From positions 1 through 24,106 of the IMG/VR virus record IMGVR_UViG_3300028829_005178: a stretch of 24,106 nt of DNA; one strand, 5' to 3'. Every line of letters begins with the position of its first letter. Positions within the stretch are counted from its first letter, which is position 1. This document shows positions 7,944 to 16,380 of the stretch, in pieces. Below the pieces are notes generated by a model. That model was not told where the DNA came from. It saw nothing but the letters and a program-made list of their open reading frames with translations, and made no database searches. The position numbers and the translations under genes were made by a program. Origin of the DNA: a virus (taxonomy: Duplodnaviria; Caudoviricetes).

Positions 7944-8718
7944 TAAAAGATTTATACATAACACACTGCAAGCTTATAAAGAAGATAAAACTATTTTAGA
8001 TAAAAGTTTAGGATTTAATTACAAGTCTGTAGAAGCTCCGTCAGAGACAAATAGAAATTTAGACGGTTGGGAAACTGAAAAAGCAAATTGGTATACTTTA
8101 TATACTGGTCTTTTTTTAATTGATACCTTTAAATTAGATAAAAAACACGCTATAGATATTGGAGGTTTCAAAGGTTTTTATTCATCAGTTTATGCAAGGC
8201 ATTTTGATCAAGTTGATGTTTTTGAACCTAACCCATACGCACATTCAATATGTAAGTTAAATTTTAAAAGACAAGGTTTAACAAATACAATTATCCATGA
8301 TAAAGGATGTTGGTCAAAAAAAGAATCAATTGATTTTTATTGTAAATTTTATGATCAAGAAAAAACTTTAATCACAGGTCAATCAACTTCAAATGAAAGT
8401 TTAAGTCAAGAAGAAAATCTAGTTACAGAAAAAATTAAGATAGATATGTCTCCTATTGATACTTACAATTTTCAACCATCTTTTATTAAAATTGACGCAG
8501 AGGGTTCAGAAGTTGAAATATTAAAGGGATCTTTCAACACTTTGAAAATGCATAAGCCTTTTTTGCAGATTGAGAATGATACAGTTTTAGAGAACAACCC
8601 TATAATTGATAATATGCTCTTTGATTTAGGGTATAAAAAAATTGATTTGGATAGTTTAAATTATATGTACCCTAGTGATTGGGATATGACAGACAGTTAT
8701 TTTTTGCATGGTGGTTGA
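7933..8718 (+). CDS. FkbM-family (Methyltransf_21) methyltransferase
   Basis: IDIGGFKG, VFEPNP, FIKIDAEGSE..IL.G motifs. Confidence 0.9.
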   Translation: MISNKRFIHNTLQAYKEDKTILDKSLGFNYKSVEAPSETNRNLDGWETEKANWYTLYTGLFLIDTFKLDKKHAIDIGGFKGFYSSVYARHFDQVDVFEPNPYAHSICKLNFKRQGLTNTIIHDKGCWSKKESIDFYCKFYDQEKTLITGQSTSNESLSQEENLVTEKIKIDMSPIDTYNFQPSFIKIDAEGSEVEILKGSFNTLKMHKPFLQIENDTVLENNPIIDNMLFDLGYKKIDLDSLNYMYPSDWDMTDSYFLHGG

Positions 8719-8732
8719 TAATTCTTTATAAT
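8704..8732 (+). promoter_or_regulatory. sigma70-like promoter TTGCAT-17-TATAAT
   Basis: -35 8704-8709, consensus -10 8727-8732. Confidence 0.6.
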
Positions 8733-8756
8733 TAGGTATTAATTATGGAGAGTCAA

Positions 8757-9005
8757 ATGAAAGCTTACAAAGGCACATTTAAAAAGAAAAATGGTGAATC
8801 ACGTGATATGGTTTTTGCTAGACTATATGATTTACCGCAAAAGTTCCTTGACGAAAAAGTACAAGGAGCAGGTTCTGAGCAAAAATATCCAGAAGGTATG
8901 GAACTCGTTTGGGATCTAGAAGCAGATAACTTTAGAATTTTCAATTGGAAATCTATAGATAACGACCCGAAAGAATTTGATATTGACGAAACTCTTTTTA
9001 GATAA
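8757..9005 (+). CDS. SH3-barrel / WYL_2 (DUF2693)-like phage protein
   Basis: FKKKNGESR.M...VWDLEADNFRIF pattern; ATG 8757 preceded by GGAGAG preferred over 8745. Confidence 0.65.
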   Translation: MKAYKGTFKKKNGESRDMVFARLYDLPQKFLDEKVQGAGSEQKYPEGMELVWDLEADNFRIFNWKSIDNDPKEFDIDETLFR

Positions 9006-9294
9006 TGAACCTTTTATTCTTGTAGAAACAGAAATTATAAATTTTGAAGAACTTAAAGCAGGTAATATTAACTTAATGTACTACATTATTGAAATACATA
9101 ATACAGAAAATGATGAAATAGGAGTGGTGACAGAAGAGATTGATGGTGAACAAATTATCAAAAAATTTGATACCTGGTCTAAGGCAAAGGCAATGTCTGG
9201 AACACTAAATAGAGATACCCCTGAAAATCTCTCTACTCACATAGTAACCATTAATGAAACTGCTACAAAAGATAAAGAAGTGGATAACGATTGA
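8977..9294 (+). CDS. Acidic hypothetical protein
   Basis: Co-oriented ORF overlapping both neighbours; start uncertain. Confidence 0.55.
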   Translation: MILTKLFLDNEPFILVETEIINFEELKAGNINLMYYIIEIHNTENDEIGVVTEEIDGEQIIKKFDTWSKAKAMSGTLNRDTPENLSTHIVTINETATKDKEVDND

Positions 9295-9640
9295 CCATTG
9301 TGTTGATCTTGTCGTTGATATAGTATTAATTATATGGGAAGTTATCAGTAGTCCAATACTTATAGCTATGCGTCTTATAAGACACTTTATAGGTGAATGG
9401 TTTACTGAAAAAATCAAAGCATGTGTGCGTTGGATAGTACATTGGTTTGCTCGTAAACGTGCAGTTAGACTTGAAAAGGGACATGGAATATTTCGTACCT
9501 ATTGGTATCTGATACTACCAAGTCCTTTTATCATTATCGCAATTTGGATGATTACAATGATTAGCATTGGTATAGGGCAAGGTTATAATGAACTTAAAAC
9601 AACTAAACCAGACAGCACATTATTACAAATTTTTGAATAG
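9254..9640 (+). CDS. Hypothetical membrane protein
   Basis: Two hydrophobic segments flanking a basic loop. Confidence 0.65.
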   Translation: MKLLQKIKKWITIDHCVDLVVDIVLIIWEVISSPILIAMRLIRHFIGEWFTEKIKACVRWIVHWFARKRAVRLEKGHGIFRTYWYLILPSPFIIIAIWMITMISIGIGQGYNELKTTKPDSTLLQIFE

Positions 9641-9910
9641 AACTAGTGCTTCGTTTGAGGAGTAGTATAATAGACGGACTGGACCGGGGGGCAGTACCCC
9701 GCATCTCCACCAATTTGTAGGCGACTACAGTTTCAGAGGGGATGAAATAGGATCGACAGACGTAATAAAAACAATGCCGAGAAGCAGGTGCGCAAGCGAC
9801 CTTGACCGCAAGAAAACAAACAATTGCAAATGATAATTTCGCAATCGAGGATTACCGCGTAGCGGCATAATCTCACGGGGTATGGCTCCACCTAGCAACA
9901 GAACGGGCCT
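9641..9910 (+). ncRNA. ssrA: Circularly permuted (two-piece) tmRNA, alphaproteobacterial type; tag ANDNFAIEDYRVAA
   Basis: Acceptor piece first: T-arm CGGGG-GGCAGTA-CCCCG, then CATCTCC-A-CCA (9702-9712). Intervening segment 9713-9737 with TGTAG-GCGA-CTACA hairpin. Coding piece starts GGGGATG-AAATAGGATCGAC (9738) and gives a 7-bp acceptor stem with G3-U70. Tag frame 9826-9870; GCAACAGAA near the 3' end. Outer ends approximate. Confidence 0.95.
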
Positions 9911-9932
9911 TTACAACTCTTATGAGGATTAA

Positions 9933-11075
9933 ATGTTTAATTTTAATACAACCCCACGTTTAGTAATCGGCGCAAGTAGATTACAGTTCTTAGGTAGAAT
10001 CCTATCTGATCTCAATGTTAGAAATCCCTTAATCGTAACAGGCCCAAACTTAGTAAAAACAGATATTGTTATTGAGGCACAGAAATGGTCTTGGTCAGAG
10101 CATGTATTTTATGACTTAGTACAGGATCCAACGACTCAGAATGTATTAGACTGTGTTGAATATGGAATAAGTAAAGATATAGATGGCGTTATTGGTATCG
10201 GGGGCGGATCGTCTCTAGATGTAGCAAAAGTTGCCTCTGTTCTGTTAAAACAAGAAACTTCACTTGATAATATCTGGGGTGTTGATAACATCTATAGTTC
10301 AAGATTACCATTAGTTCTTATACCTACCACAGCTGGTTCAGGATCAGAGGTAACACCTGTCTCAATTATCACAACAGGTAATACAACAAAAATGGGAATT
10401 GTTTCTCATAAAATCATTCCTGATGCGGCAATTTTAGACCCTATTCTTACAGTCTCGTGTGGTCCTCAGCTTACCGCGTATAGCGCAATCGACGCAATGG
10501 TTCATGCTATTGAATCTTTTACCTCCACAAATCCTAATAATAATCCGTATTCAAAAATGTTAGCGCTCGAAGCATGTCGTTGGTTAGGTAAATCAACAAA
10601 AACTGCTATCCTTGAACCAGAAAATATAGAAGCTCGTGCAAACGTTCAATATGGTGCTATGTTAGCAGGACAAGCTTTCGGTAACTCACCTGTTGCTGCT
10701 GTCCATGCTTTAGCATACCCATTAGGAGGACACTATAAACTACCACATGGTTTAACAAATACCTTGGTTCTTCCTGGTGTTTTAGCATATAATCAAGAAG
10801 TTACAGATTATTCTCCACTTGCTGCTGCTCTTTTCCCCCATGATGAGGGAGAAATTTTTTACTATAGAAGCGACGTTGTTGAAATAATGTGTAGAAACAT
10901 CAAAGAATTAGCTGATTTAGCAGGAATTGAAACACAAATGAGCTATTATGGAATTAGTAGAGATGATATTCCAATGCTTGCAGAAGAGGCAATGAAACAA
11001 GCAAGGCTTTTGGTTAATAACCCAAGAGAAATTACACAAGAAATAGCGGAAGATATTTATCAGAAAGTTTTATGA
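9933..11075 (+). CDS. Iron-containing alcohol dehydrogenase
   Basis: GIGGGSSLDVAK, IPTTAGSGSEVT, DAMVHAIE, VHALAYPLGG...PHG metal ligands; GAGGA SD. Confidence 0.95.
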   Translation: MFNFNTTPRLVIGASRLQFLGRILSDLNVRNPLIVTGPNLVKTDIVIEAQKWSWSEHVFYDLVQDPTTQNVLDCVEYGISKDIDGVIGIGGGSSLDVAKVASVLLKQETSLDNIWGVDNIYSSRLPLVLIPTTAGSGSEVTPVSIITTGNTTKMGIVSHKIIPDAAILDPILTVSCGPQLTAYSAIDAMVHAIESFTSTNPNNNPYSKMLALEACRWLGKSTKTAILEPENIEARANVQYGAMLAGQAFGNSPVAAVHALAYPLGGHYKLPHGLTNTLVLPGVLAYNQEVTDYSPLAAALFPHDEGEIFYYRSDVVEIMCRNIKELADLAGIETQMSYYGISRDDIPMLAEEAMKQARLLVNNPREITQEIAEDIYQKVL

Positions 11076-11704
11076 TGTATAAAACATATATTCTAGGTAA
11101 TGGTGGTTATGCTCAAGAATGCTTTGAGCAATTTGTACTAGGCAGAGTTATAGAAGATTTCGGAGGATTTATCATCCTAAAAGAAGGCAAAGCAGTTCTT
11201 ATTAATGATGAAGGTATAAATAATTTTACTTACCCTAAAGAATCTGCATTTATCCTAGGGACTGGCCACCGTAAATGGCGTAAAGTATTCTTAAACCATT
11301 TATTTGGTTATTACGAACAGGATATTAATCATTTTCCAAACATAGTAGCTAATGAAGCACACTTATCTCAGACCTCTACTCTCGGCATAGGCAATGTACT
11401 TAATTGCTTTGCCATGACTAATGCTAATGCTTCTTTAGGTAATTTTAATCTTTTAAACTGCTACGCATCAGTACACCACGATGTTAAAATGGGTAGTCAT
11501 AATATCTTTACTACTTACGCAACTATTCTTGGATACTGTAATGTAGGAGATGATAACTGGTTGGGTAATGCTGTTACTATAACTTCTAATACCAGTATTG
11601 GTAACGATAATACTCTCAGTTCTGGAGAGCACTTATTTGAAGATATGAGTAATCGTCAGTTCTTTAAACACGGTATTGTTACAGAGAAACCAGAAAAACA
11701 ATGA
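11072..11704 (+). CDS. Sugar N/O-acetyltransferase, PglD/NeuD-like (hexapeptide repeat)
   Basis: N-terminal ILGNGGYA, left-handed beta-helix repeats, N..ASVHHD motif. Confidence 0.85.
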   Translation: MMYKTYILGNGGYAQECFEQFVLGRVIEDFGGFIILKEGKAVLINDEGINNFTYPKESAFILGTGHRKWRKVFLNHLFGYYEQDINHFPNIVANEAHLSQTSTLGIGNVLNCFAMTNANASLGNFNLLNCYASVHHDVKMGSHNIFTTYATILGYCNVGDDNWLGNAVTITSNTSIGNDNTLSSGEHLFEDMSNRQFFKHGIVTEKPEKQ

Positions 11705-12471
11705 TTATTTTCTTTAGAAGTTGTGAAGCAAATTTAAAAGCAGGATCTCTTGGAGATGAAGTTACTGGTGACGGTATCCGTTGGAATGGTAAACACAAAT
11801 TAGAAATCATTCGTAAATGTTATCTATCTATTCAGCACAATCTCGATGAACGTGATTTAATTGTAATAATTGACGATAGAACTACTCAAGAAACACTTGA
11901 TTGGATGAGAGAGAATACTAAAGCACAATTTAGAATACACCCAATAACACCCTTACCCGAGCTAAGAGCTAAAGACCCTTACCCTAATTACCATCCAGTA
12001 ATGGCTAATTCTTGTCCAGAACTGATGGAGCATCTTGTCGCTGTAGCAGAAACAAATCCAGACGAAATTATTTACATATGTGAGGATGATTATCTACATC
12101 TTTCTCATGCCATACCTGCTCTAAAAGCCTTATTTAAAACAGGTTACAATGGCTTTTATGCGCCGCAAGATTACCCAGATAGGTATACTTTAGATTCTAG
12201 CAGAATTTGTGAGGTTCATATGGGGCCGTACGGACATCTTAGGTCAATCCCTAGCGCTACTTTAACAATCGCAGCTAAAGGTTCTACGTGGTTACAATAT
12301 AAGTATGAGCTACTACGGGCTGGAGCTTTTGCAGATGATACTTGGACATGGAAAGCTTTTAAACAAGTTGGGTGCTTATGCCCAATCCCAGGACACTCTA
12401 CCCACTTACAAGAAGGATGTCTTACTCCTGTTGTAAATTGGGAATCACTTTACGAGTCTATTAAGATATGA
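11701..12471 (+). CDS. GT-A fold glycosyltransferase-like protein
   Basis: VIIDD.T, IYICEDDYLH (DxD-like), late STH motif. Confidence 0.65.
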   Translation: MIIFFRSCEANLKAGSLGDEVTGDGIRWNGKHKLEIIRKCYLSIQHNLDERDLIVIIDDRTTQETLDWMRENTKAQFRIHPITPLPELRAKDPYPNYHPVMANSCPELMEHLVAVAETNPDEIIYICEDDYLHLSHAIPALKALFKTGYNGFYAPQDYPDRYTLDSSRICEVHMGPYGHLRSIPSATLTIAAKGSTWLQYKYELLRAGAFADDTWTWKAFKQVGCLCPIPGHSTHLQEGCLTPVVNWESLYESIKI

Positions 12472-13445
12472 CTTTTATTCTCAAAAAATATCTCGATATA
12501 GACTTATTTCAAAAGTATTTAATTCCTGCACAAGAAAGTAATCAATTTACTAATTACGGCAACGCGGTAAGACTACTAGAGGACAGAGCTCGTGAAATGC
12601 TTAAGATTGATGATTCTAAAGCAGTTATCGCTACTTCTAGTGGTTCGTCAGCTATCTCTGGTATTATCTATGCTATTGATAGAAAAGAAGGCAAGGGTTC
12701 TAGAGTAGCAACACAAGCTTTTACATTTCCGTCTAATGTACAAGGGGGAGCAATAGGAGCTATAGCTGTAGATTTTGACCACGCTCTTAATATTGATACA
12801 ACTAGTGAGTTTTTAGTTGAATATTCTGACTTAGTTATCGTAACTAATTGTTTTGGGCATTTACAGAATATTGATCTTATCTTACAAGCATTGAACAATA
12901 AAAATATAGTGTTTGATAATGCTGCTAGTCCTTATTCATTCTGGAAAGGTACTAATAGTTGTAATTTAGGAGTCGCTTCCTACGTTTCTTTACATCATAC
13001 AAAACCAATTGGGTTTGGAGAAGGCGGCTTAATTATTATAGATAAAAAATACGAAAAATATGCAAGGGCAAGTATTAATTTTGGTCTTATGGATGACGAA
13101 CCTATTAATGACAGAGGAGGGAACTTAAAAATGAGTGAGGTTTCAGCAGCTGCAATTCTTCAATGGTGGGATCAGTTTAATATAGATGATCTACAACAAA
13201 AATACTTAGATAATTATTACAATAAAAGATATGAATTTGGGCAGGTAGAAGGAGATCTTTACCCGCATAGAGCTGATGAAGGTGATATATTTTTTCCAAA
13301 TTGTTTTCCCTTTATTCATAATGAATCAACGACAGCAGCAAATGATGACTTTGAAAGAAAATATTACAAGCCAGTTGCTTCTCAACCTATTACTGATGCT
13401 TTGTATGATAGGATAGTGTGTTACGGAATAAGTCCTAATGATTAA
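12468..13445 (+). CDS. DegT-family sugar aminotransferase
   Basis: SSGSSA, FTFPS, FDNAAS, SLHHTK (PLP Lys), GEGG, N.KMSE, RKYY.P. Confidence 0.88.
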   Translation: MTFILKKYLDIDLFQKYLIPAQESNQFTNYGNAVRLLEDRAREMLKIDDSKAVIATSSGSSAISGIIYAIDRKEGKGSRVATQAFTFPSNVQGGAIGAIAVDFDHALNIDTTSEFLVEYSDLVIVTNCFGHLQNIDLILQALNNKNIVFDNAASPYSFWKGTNSCNLGVASYVSLHHTKPIGFGEGGLIIIDKKYEKYARASINFGLMDDEPINDRGGNLKMSEVSAAAILQWWDQFNIDDLQQKYLDNYYNKRYEFGQVEGDLYPHRADEGDIFFPNCFPFIHNESTTAANDDFERKYYKPVASQPITDALYDRIVCYGISPND

Positions 13446-14268
13446 AATTGCAGTAGTTACTGGTTGTGCAAGTTTTTTGGGAACTGCCTTTACTACAAAA
13501 CTTCTAGAAAATGGATGGTACGTATACGGCATTGATAAGCTAACTTATGTTGCAAACGACAACATTGTAAAAGAGTTTGAGAATAGGTATTCAAAATTTA
13601 AATTAATTATTGAAGATATATGTAACATTAAATGGTTACCAGAGTGTGATGTAATATTTAATTTTGCTGCTGAATCAGATGTTGATAATGGGAATAAAAA
13701 TTGCAAAAACTTTATACATTCTAATATAGATGGTGTAAGAAACTTACTAGAGATAGTCAACTCAAGGATTGTTACAAAAGCTAATAAGCCTCTTTTCTTT
13801 CAAATTTCTACAGATGAAGTTTATGGCGATTTAGTTAGTGGGACATTTGACGAAAATTCTAATCTTAACCCTTCAAATCCTTATGCAGCTACTAAAGCCT
13901 CTGCTGATTTACTGATTAAAACTTGGGCTAGAAGAACATGGACACACTCAGAGGACACCGCAGACGCTTTGTTAATTTTGTTCGAACGCGCAGAAAGAAA
14001 CAAGGTATATAATATATCGTCTGAGTACGAACAATCTAACTTTGATACTGTAAGGAAAATTATTAATTCATATTTTTTAGGCACTATCAAAAGAGAGATA
14101 CCCGATATCGAAAAACACATAGATTTTTCACACAATAGACCAGGGCAAGATGTTAGGTACGCAATATCTTGTAATCCCTTAAGAACTTTACAGTGGCGAC
14201 CACATAAAGTTTTTGATAGTGAAATAACTAAACTAGTAGAAAATTATAAAAAAGGATTTATATGGTAA
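13438..14268 (+). CDS. rmlB: dTDP-glucose 4,6-dehydratase (RmlB)-like with in-frame internal deletion; possible pseudogene
   Basis: IDKLTY, FAAES.VD, ISTDEVYG, NPYAATKASAD, RPGQD.RY present; the TYG...NNYG...PEK...G.G segment is missing at 13932/13933. Confidence 0.75.
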   Translation: MIKIAVVTGCASFLGTAFTTKLLENGWYVYGIDKLTYVANDNIVKEFENRYSKFKLIIEDICNIKWLPECDVIFNFAAESDVDNGNKNCKNFIHSNIDGVRNLLEIVNSRIVTKANKPLFFQISTDEVYGDLVSGTFDENSNLNPSNPYAATKASADLLIKTWARRTWTHSEDTADALLILFERAERNKVYNISSEYEQSNFDTVRKIINSYFLGTIKREIPDIEKHIDFSHNRPGQDVRYAISCNPLRTLQWRPHKVFDSEITKLVENYKKGFIW

Positions 14269-15269
14269 TGAAAGTATATATTACAGGAGTAGGTGGCTTA
14301 TTAGGAAGCTGTTTAGCAAGGTATTTAATAGGACAAGGCCACCATGTAGGTGGAATTGATAACATGATAGGTGGAGTAGAAGGTAATGTACCTGACGGAG
14401 TAGATTTTACTCACGGTAATATCACTGATACAAAACTGATGAAAGAATTGACTGAAGGATATGAAGTAATATTTCATGCAGCTGCTTTACCTTACGAAGG
14501 ATTAAGTGTTTTTGCTCCTGCAATAGTTACAGAATCTATAGTTTACGGAACAGTGTCAGTTGCTTCTGCTGCTATACACAACAATGTTAGATTACTAATA
14601 AATTGTTCCTCAATGGCAAGATACGGAGATCAGATACCTCCTTTTACAGAAGATATGCCTACTAACCCTGTAGACCCTTATGGGTTAGCTAAAGTTCAAG
14701 CTGAACAACACCTTGAAATGTTAAGTAATATACATGATTTAAACTACGTCACAGTAGTTCCGCATAACGTGATCGGGGTTGGGCAACGGTACTTTGACCC
14801 CTTTAGAAATGTAGTAGGAATTATGATTAATCGCTGTTTACAAGGTAAGCCTATAGTAGTATACGGGGATGGAGAGCAGCAGAGGTCTTTCTCTAACGTA
14901 ACAGATTGTATTATAGCAGTTTATAAAATTATACAATCAGATAGAGATATTTGTGGACAGGTGTATAATATCGGTCCTGATGATAATGAAATTTCCATTA
15001 AGCAGTTAGCATATAAGGTAGGCCATCATTGTGAAAAATACCCATCACTAGAGCATTTTCCAGACAGACCTCAAGAAGTAAAGAATGCATATTGTTCTTC
15101 CGGTAAAATTAGAAAAGAATTTAATTATAATGCGGCTATCAAAATGGATCAAACTATTAAAGAGATGGTAGACTGGATTAAACCCCAGGTAAAAGACTTT
15201 GAGTATCATTTAGACTTAGAGTTTATTACAGATAAAACCCCAAAAACTTGGACAGATAGGCTAATTTAA
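14262..15269 (+). CDS. NAD-dependent epimerase/dehydratase (UDP-sugar 4-epimerase-like)
   Basis: TGVGGLLG, HAAA, SSMARYG, PYGLAK, YGDGEQQRSF. Confidence 0.9.
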   Translation: MVMKVYITGVGGLLGSCLARYLIGQGHHVGGIDNMIGGVEGNVPDGVDFTHGNITDTKLMKELTEGYEVIFHAAALPYEGLSVFAPAIVTESIVYGTVSVASAAIHNNVRLLINCSSMARYGDQIPPFTEDMPTNPVDPYGLAKVQAEQHLEMLSNIHDLNYVTVVPHNVIGVGQRYFDPFRNVVGIMINRCLQGKPIVVYGDGEQQRSFSNVTDCIIAVYKIIQSDRDICGQVYNIGPDDNEISIKQLAYKVGHHCEKYPSLEHFPDRPQEVKNAYCSSGKIRKEFNYNAAIKMDQTIKEMVDWIKPQVKDFEYHLDLEFITDKTPKTWTDRLI

Positions 15270-15427
15270 TGTTAAGTAGTACTGATTGGGCGATATTAGT
15301 AACATTTAGAAAAGAATTGGAAGCGTTGAGGGCGCTCTATGCACACCCAAAAGCAGATATACAAACAGTTATAAATTATATGGAAAAAAGAATAAAAAAT
15401 ATAGAAATGAAACAAAATGACAGTTAA
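15269..15427 (+). CDS. Small hypothetical protein (52 aa; not in ORF track)
   Basis: MLSSTDWAILVTFRKELEALRALYAHPKADIQTVINYMEKRIKNIEMKQNDS; TAATG-coupled to the upstream gene, fills the gap and overlaps the next start. Confidence 0.65.
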   Translation: MLSSTDWAILVTFRKELEALRALYAHPKADIQTVINYMEKRIKNIEMKQNDS

Positions 15428-16157
15428 AATTATTACTCCATACGTATTTGAAAACGAAATTAAAAATCATAAAAATACATTCTGGGAACTAGACGTACAC
15501 TATGAGCGTGATGTTGCCGGTATAGGATGTGATTTAATGTTTCAAAAAATGTGGAATCAATTCCCTAATGATGACATATTTATTTTACACGCTGACATGG
15601 CACCTCACCATGACGGTTGGTTTGAGGAGGTGCTAGATTATGTCGATAAATACCCAGAAGCAGGAATGTTTGGTTGTTTGTTATTGTACCCAGCAAAAAA
15701 CGAGGATAGCGAATATTTCGTACAGTGCGCAGGAGGAAAATTCACAGACAATCGACCAGATCACTATGGAAGTGGGCTCATTCTTGAAAACAGGACAACC
15801 TTTAAGGAGCAACTTGAAACTGATACAGGACAGTACGATTCCACGAGAATGGTCGCCTGGACAACATTTGGAGGTTGTTACCTCAGAAGGGAATTTCTCA
15901 ATTCCGTGGGCGACTTTGACCCCTCCTTTGAATGGACATACAACAGAGATGTCGATTACTGCCTGTCTGGAAGAAAAAATGGTTTCAGCATCTATCAGAT
16001 TCCTGTACGACTCTTCCATCATGAATCCAGAGATACTAAAAGATTAAAGGATGAGAATAAATCAGCTATGGAAATGAGAAACCTAGAGCGTCTACAGACG
16101 AAATGGGCAAACTCAAAATTTTACAAAACGCTGGACAAGGAGATAAAAAGTGAGTAA
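15417..16157 (+). CDS. Glycosyltransferase family 2-like
   Basis: FILHADM, TFGGCYLRR...VG.FD..F...DVDYCL, HHES. Confidence 0.85.
   Translation: MTVKIITPYVFENEIKNHKNTFWELDVHYERDVAGIGCDLMFQKMWNQFPNDDIFILHADMAPHHDGWFEEVLDYVDKYPEAGMFGCLLLYPAKNEDSEYFVQCAGGKFTDNRPDHYGSGLILENRTTFKEQLETDTGQYDSTRMVAWTTFGGCYLRREFLNSVGDFDPSFEWTYNRDVDYCLSGRKNGFSIYQIPVRLFHHESRDTKRLKDENKSAMEMRNLERLQTKWANSKFYKTLDKEIKSE
15640..16047 (+). CDS. Candidate overprinted (+1 frame) ORF nested in the GT2 gene
   Basis: GAGGAGGT (15624-15631) 8 nt before ATG; 135 open codons; host-frame codons avoid NTA. Confidence 0.3.
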   Translation: MSINTQKQECLVVCYCTQQKTRIANISYSAQEENSQTIDQITMEVGSFLKTGQPLRSNLKLIQDSTIPREWSPGQHLEVVTSEGNFSIPWATLTPPLNGHTTEMSITACLEEKMVSASIRFLYDSSIMNPEILKD

Positions 16158-16380
16158 AGTGTTTATAAGTAAAAAAGAATTAGAAGAAGCGGTATTGCGA
16201 AAGAAAAATAAAATGACTCCCTTCTTATTCATTTTTGTATGGTTTTATGCAATTGTTTGTATATTCACACTACTTCCAGTAGTATTTTTGTGGGTTGCAT
16301 TTACATTATTAATTATCATTGCGTATTTACCGTTTTATTTTATAGATAAAGTTTTATTTGAGAGGAAAGAGTATGAGTAA
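16150..16380 (+). CDS. Small membrane protein
   Basis: Long hydrophobic stretch (about 2 TM) after a basic patch. Confidence 0.65.
   Translation: MSKVFISKKELEEAVLRKKNKMTPFLFIFVWFYAIVCIFTLLPVVFLWVAFTLLIIIAYLPFYFIDKVLFERKEYE

Noticed and set aside
9561-9589. TTAGCA-17-TATAAT as a dedicated tmRNA promoter
   Set aside because: Weak -35, inside a CDS; cannot be distinguished from background
9680-9712. tRNA-Ala gene or attP-like tRNA fragment
   Set aside because: No anticodon arm; better explained as the acceptor piece of the permuted tmRNA; no integrase or duplicated 3' end in the window
6134-14135. Minus-strand ORFs 6134, 7345, 9205, 12668, 13326, 13545, 13881
   Set aside because: Antisense to well-supported genes; no recognisable motifs
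15681-16022. 113-aa antisense ORF in the GT2 gene
   Set aside because: In-register antisense frame, open simply because TTA/CTA/TCA are locally absent
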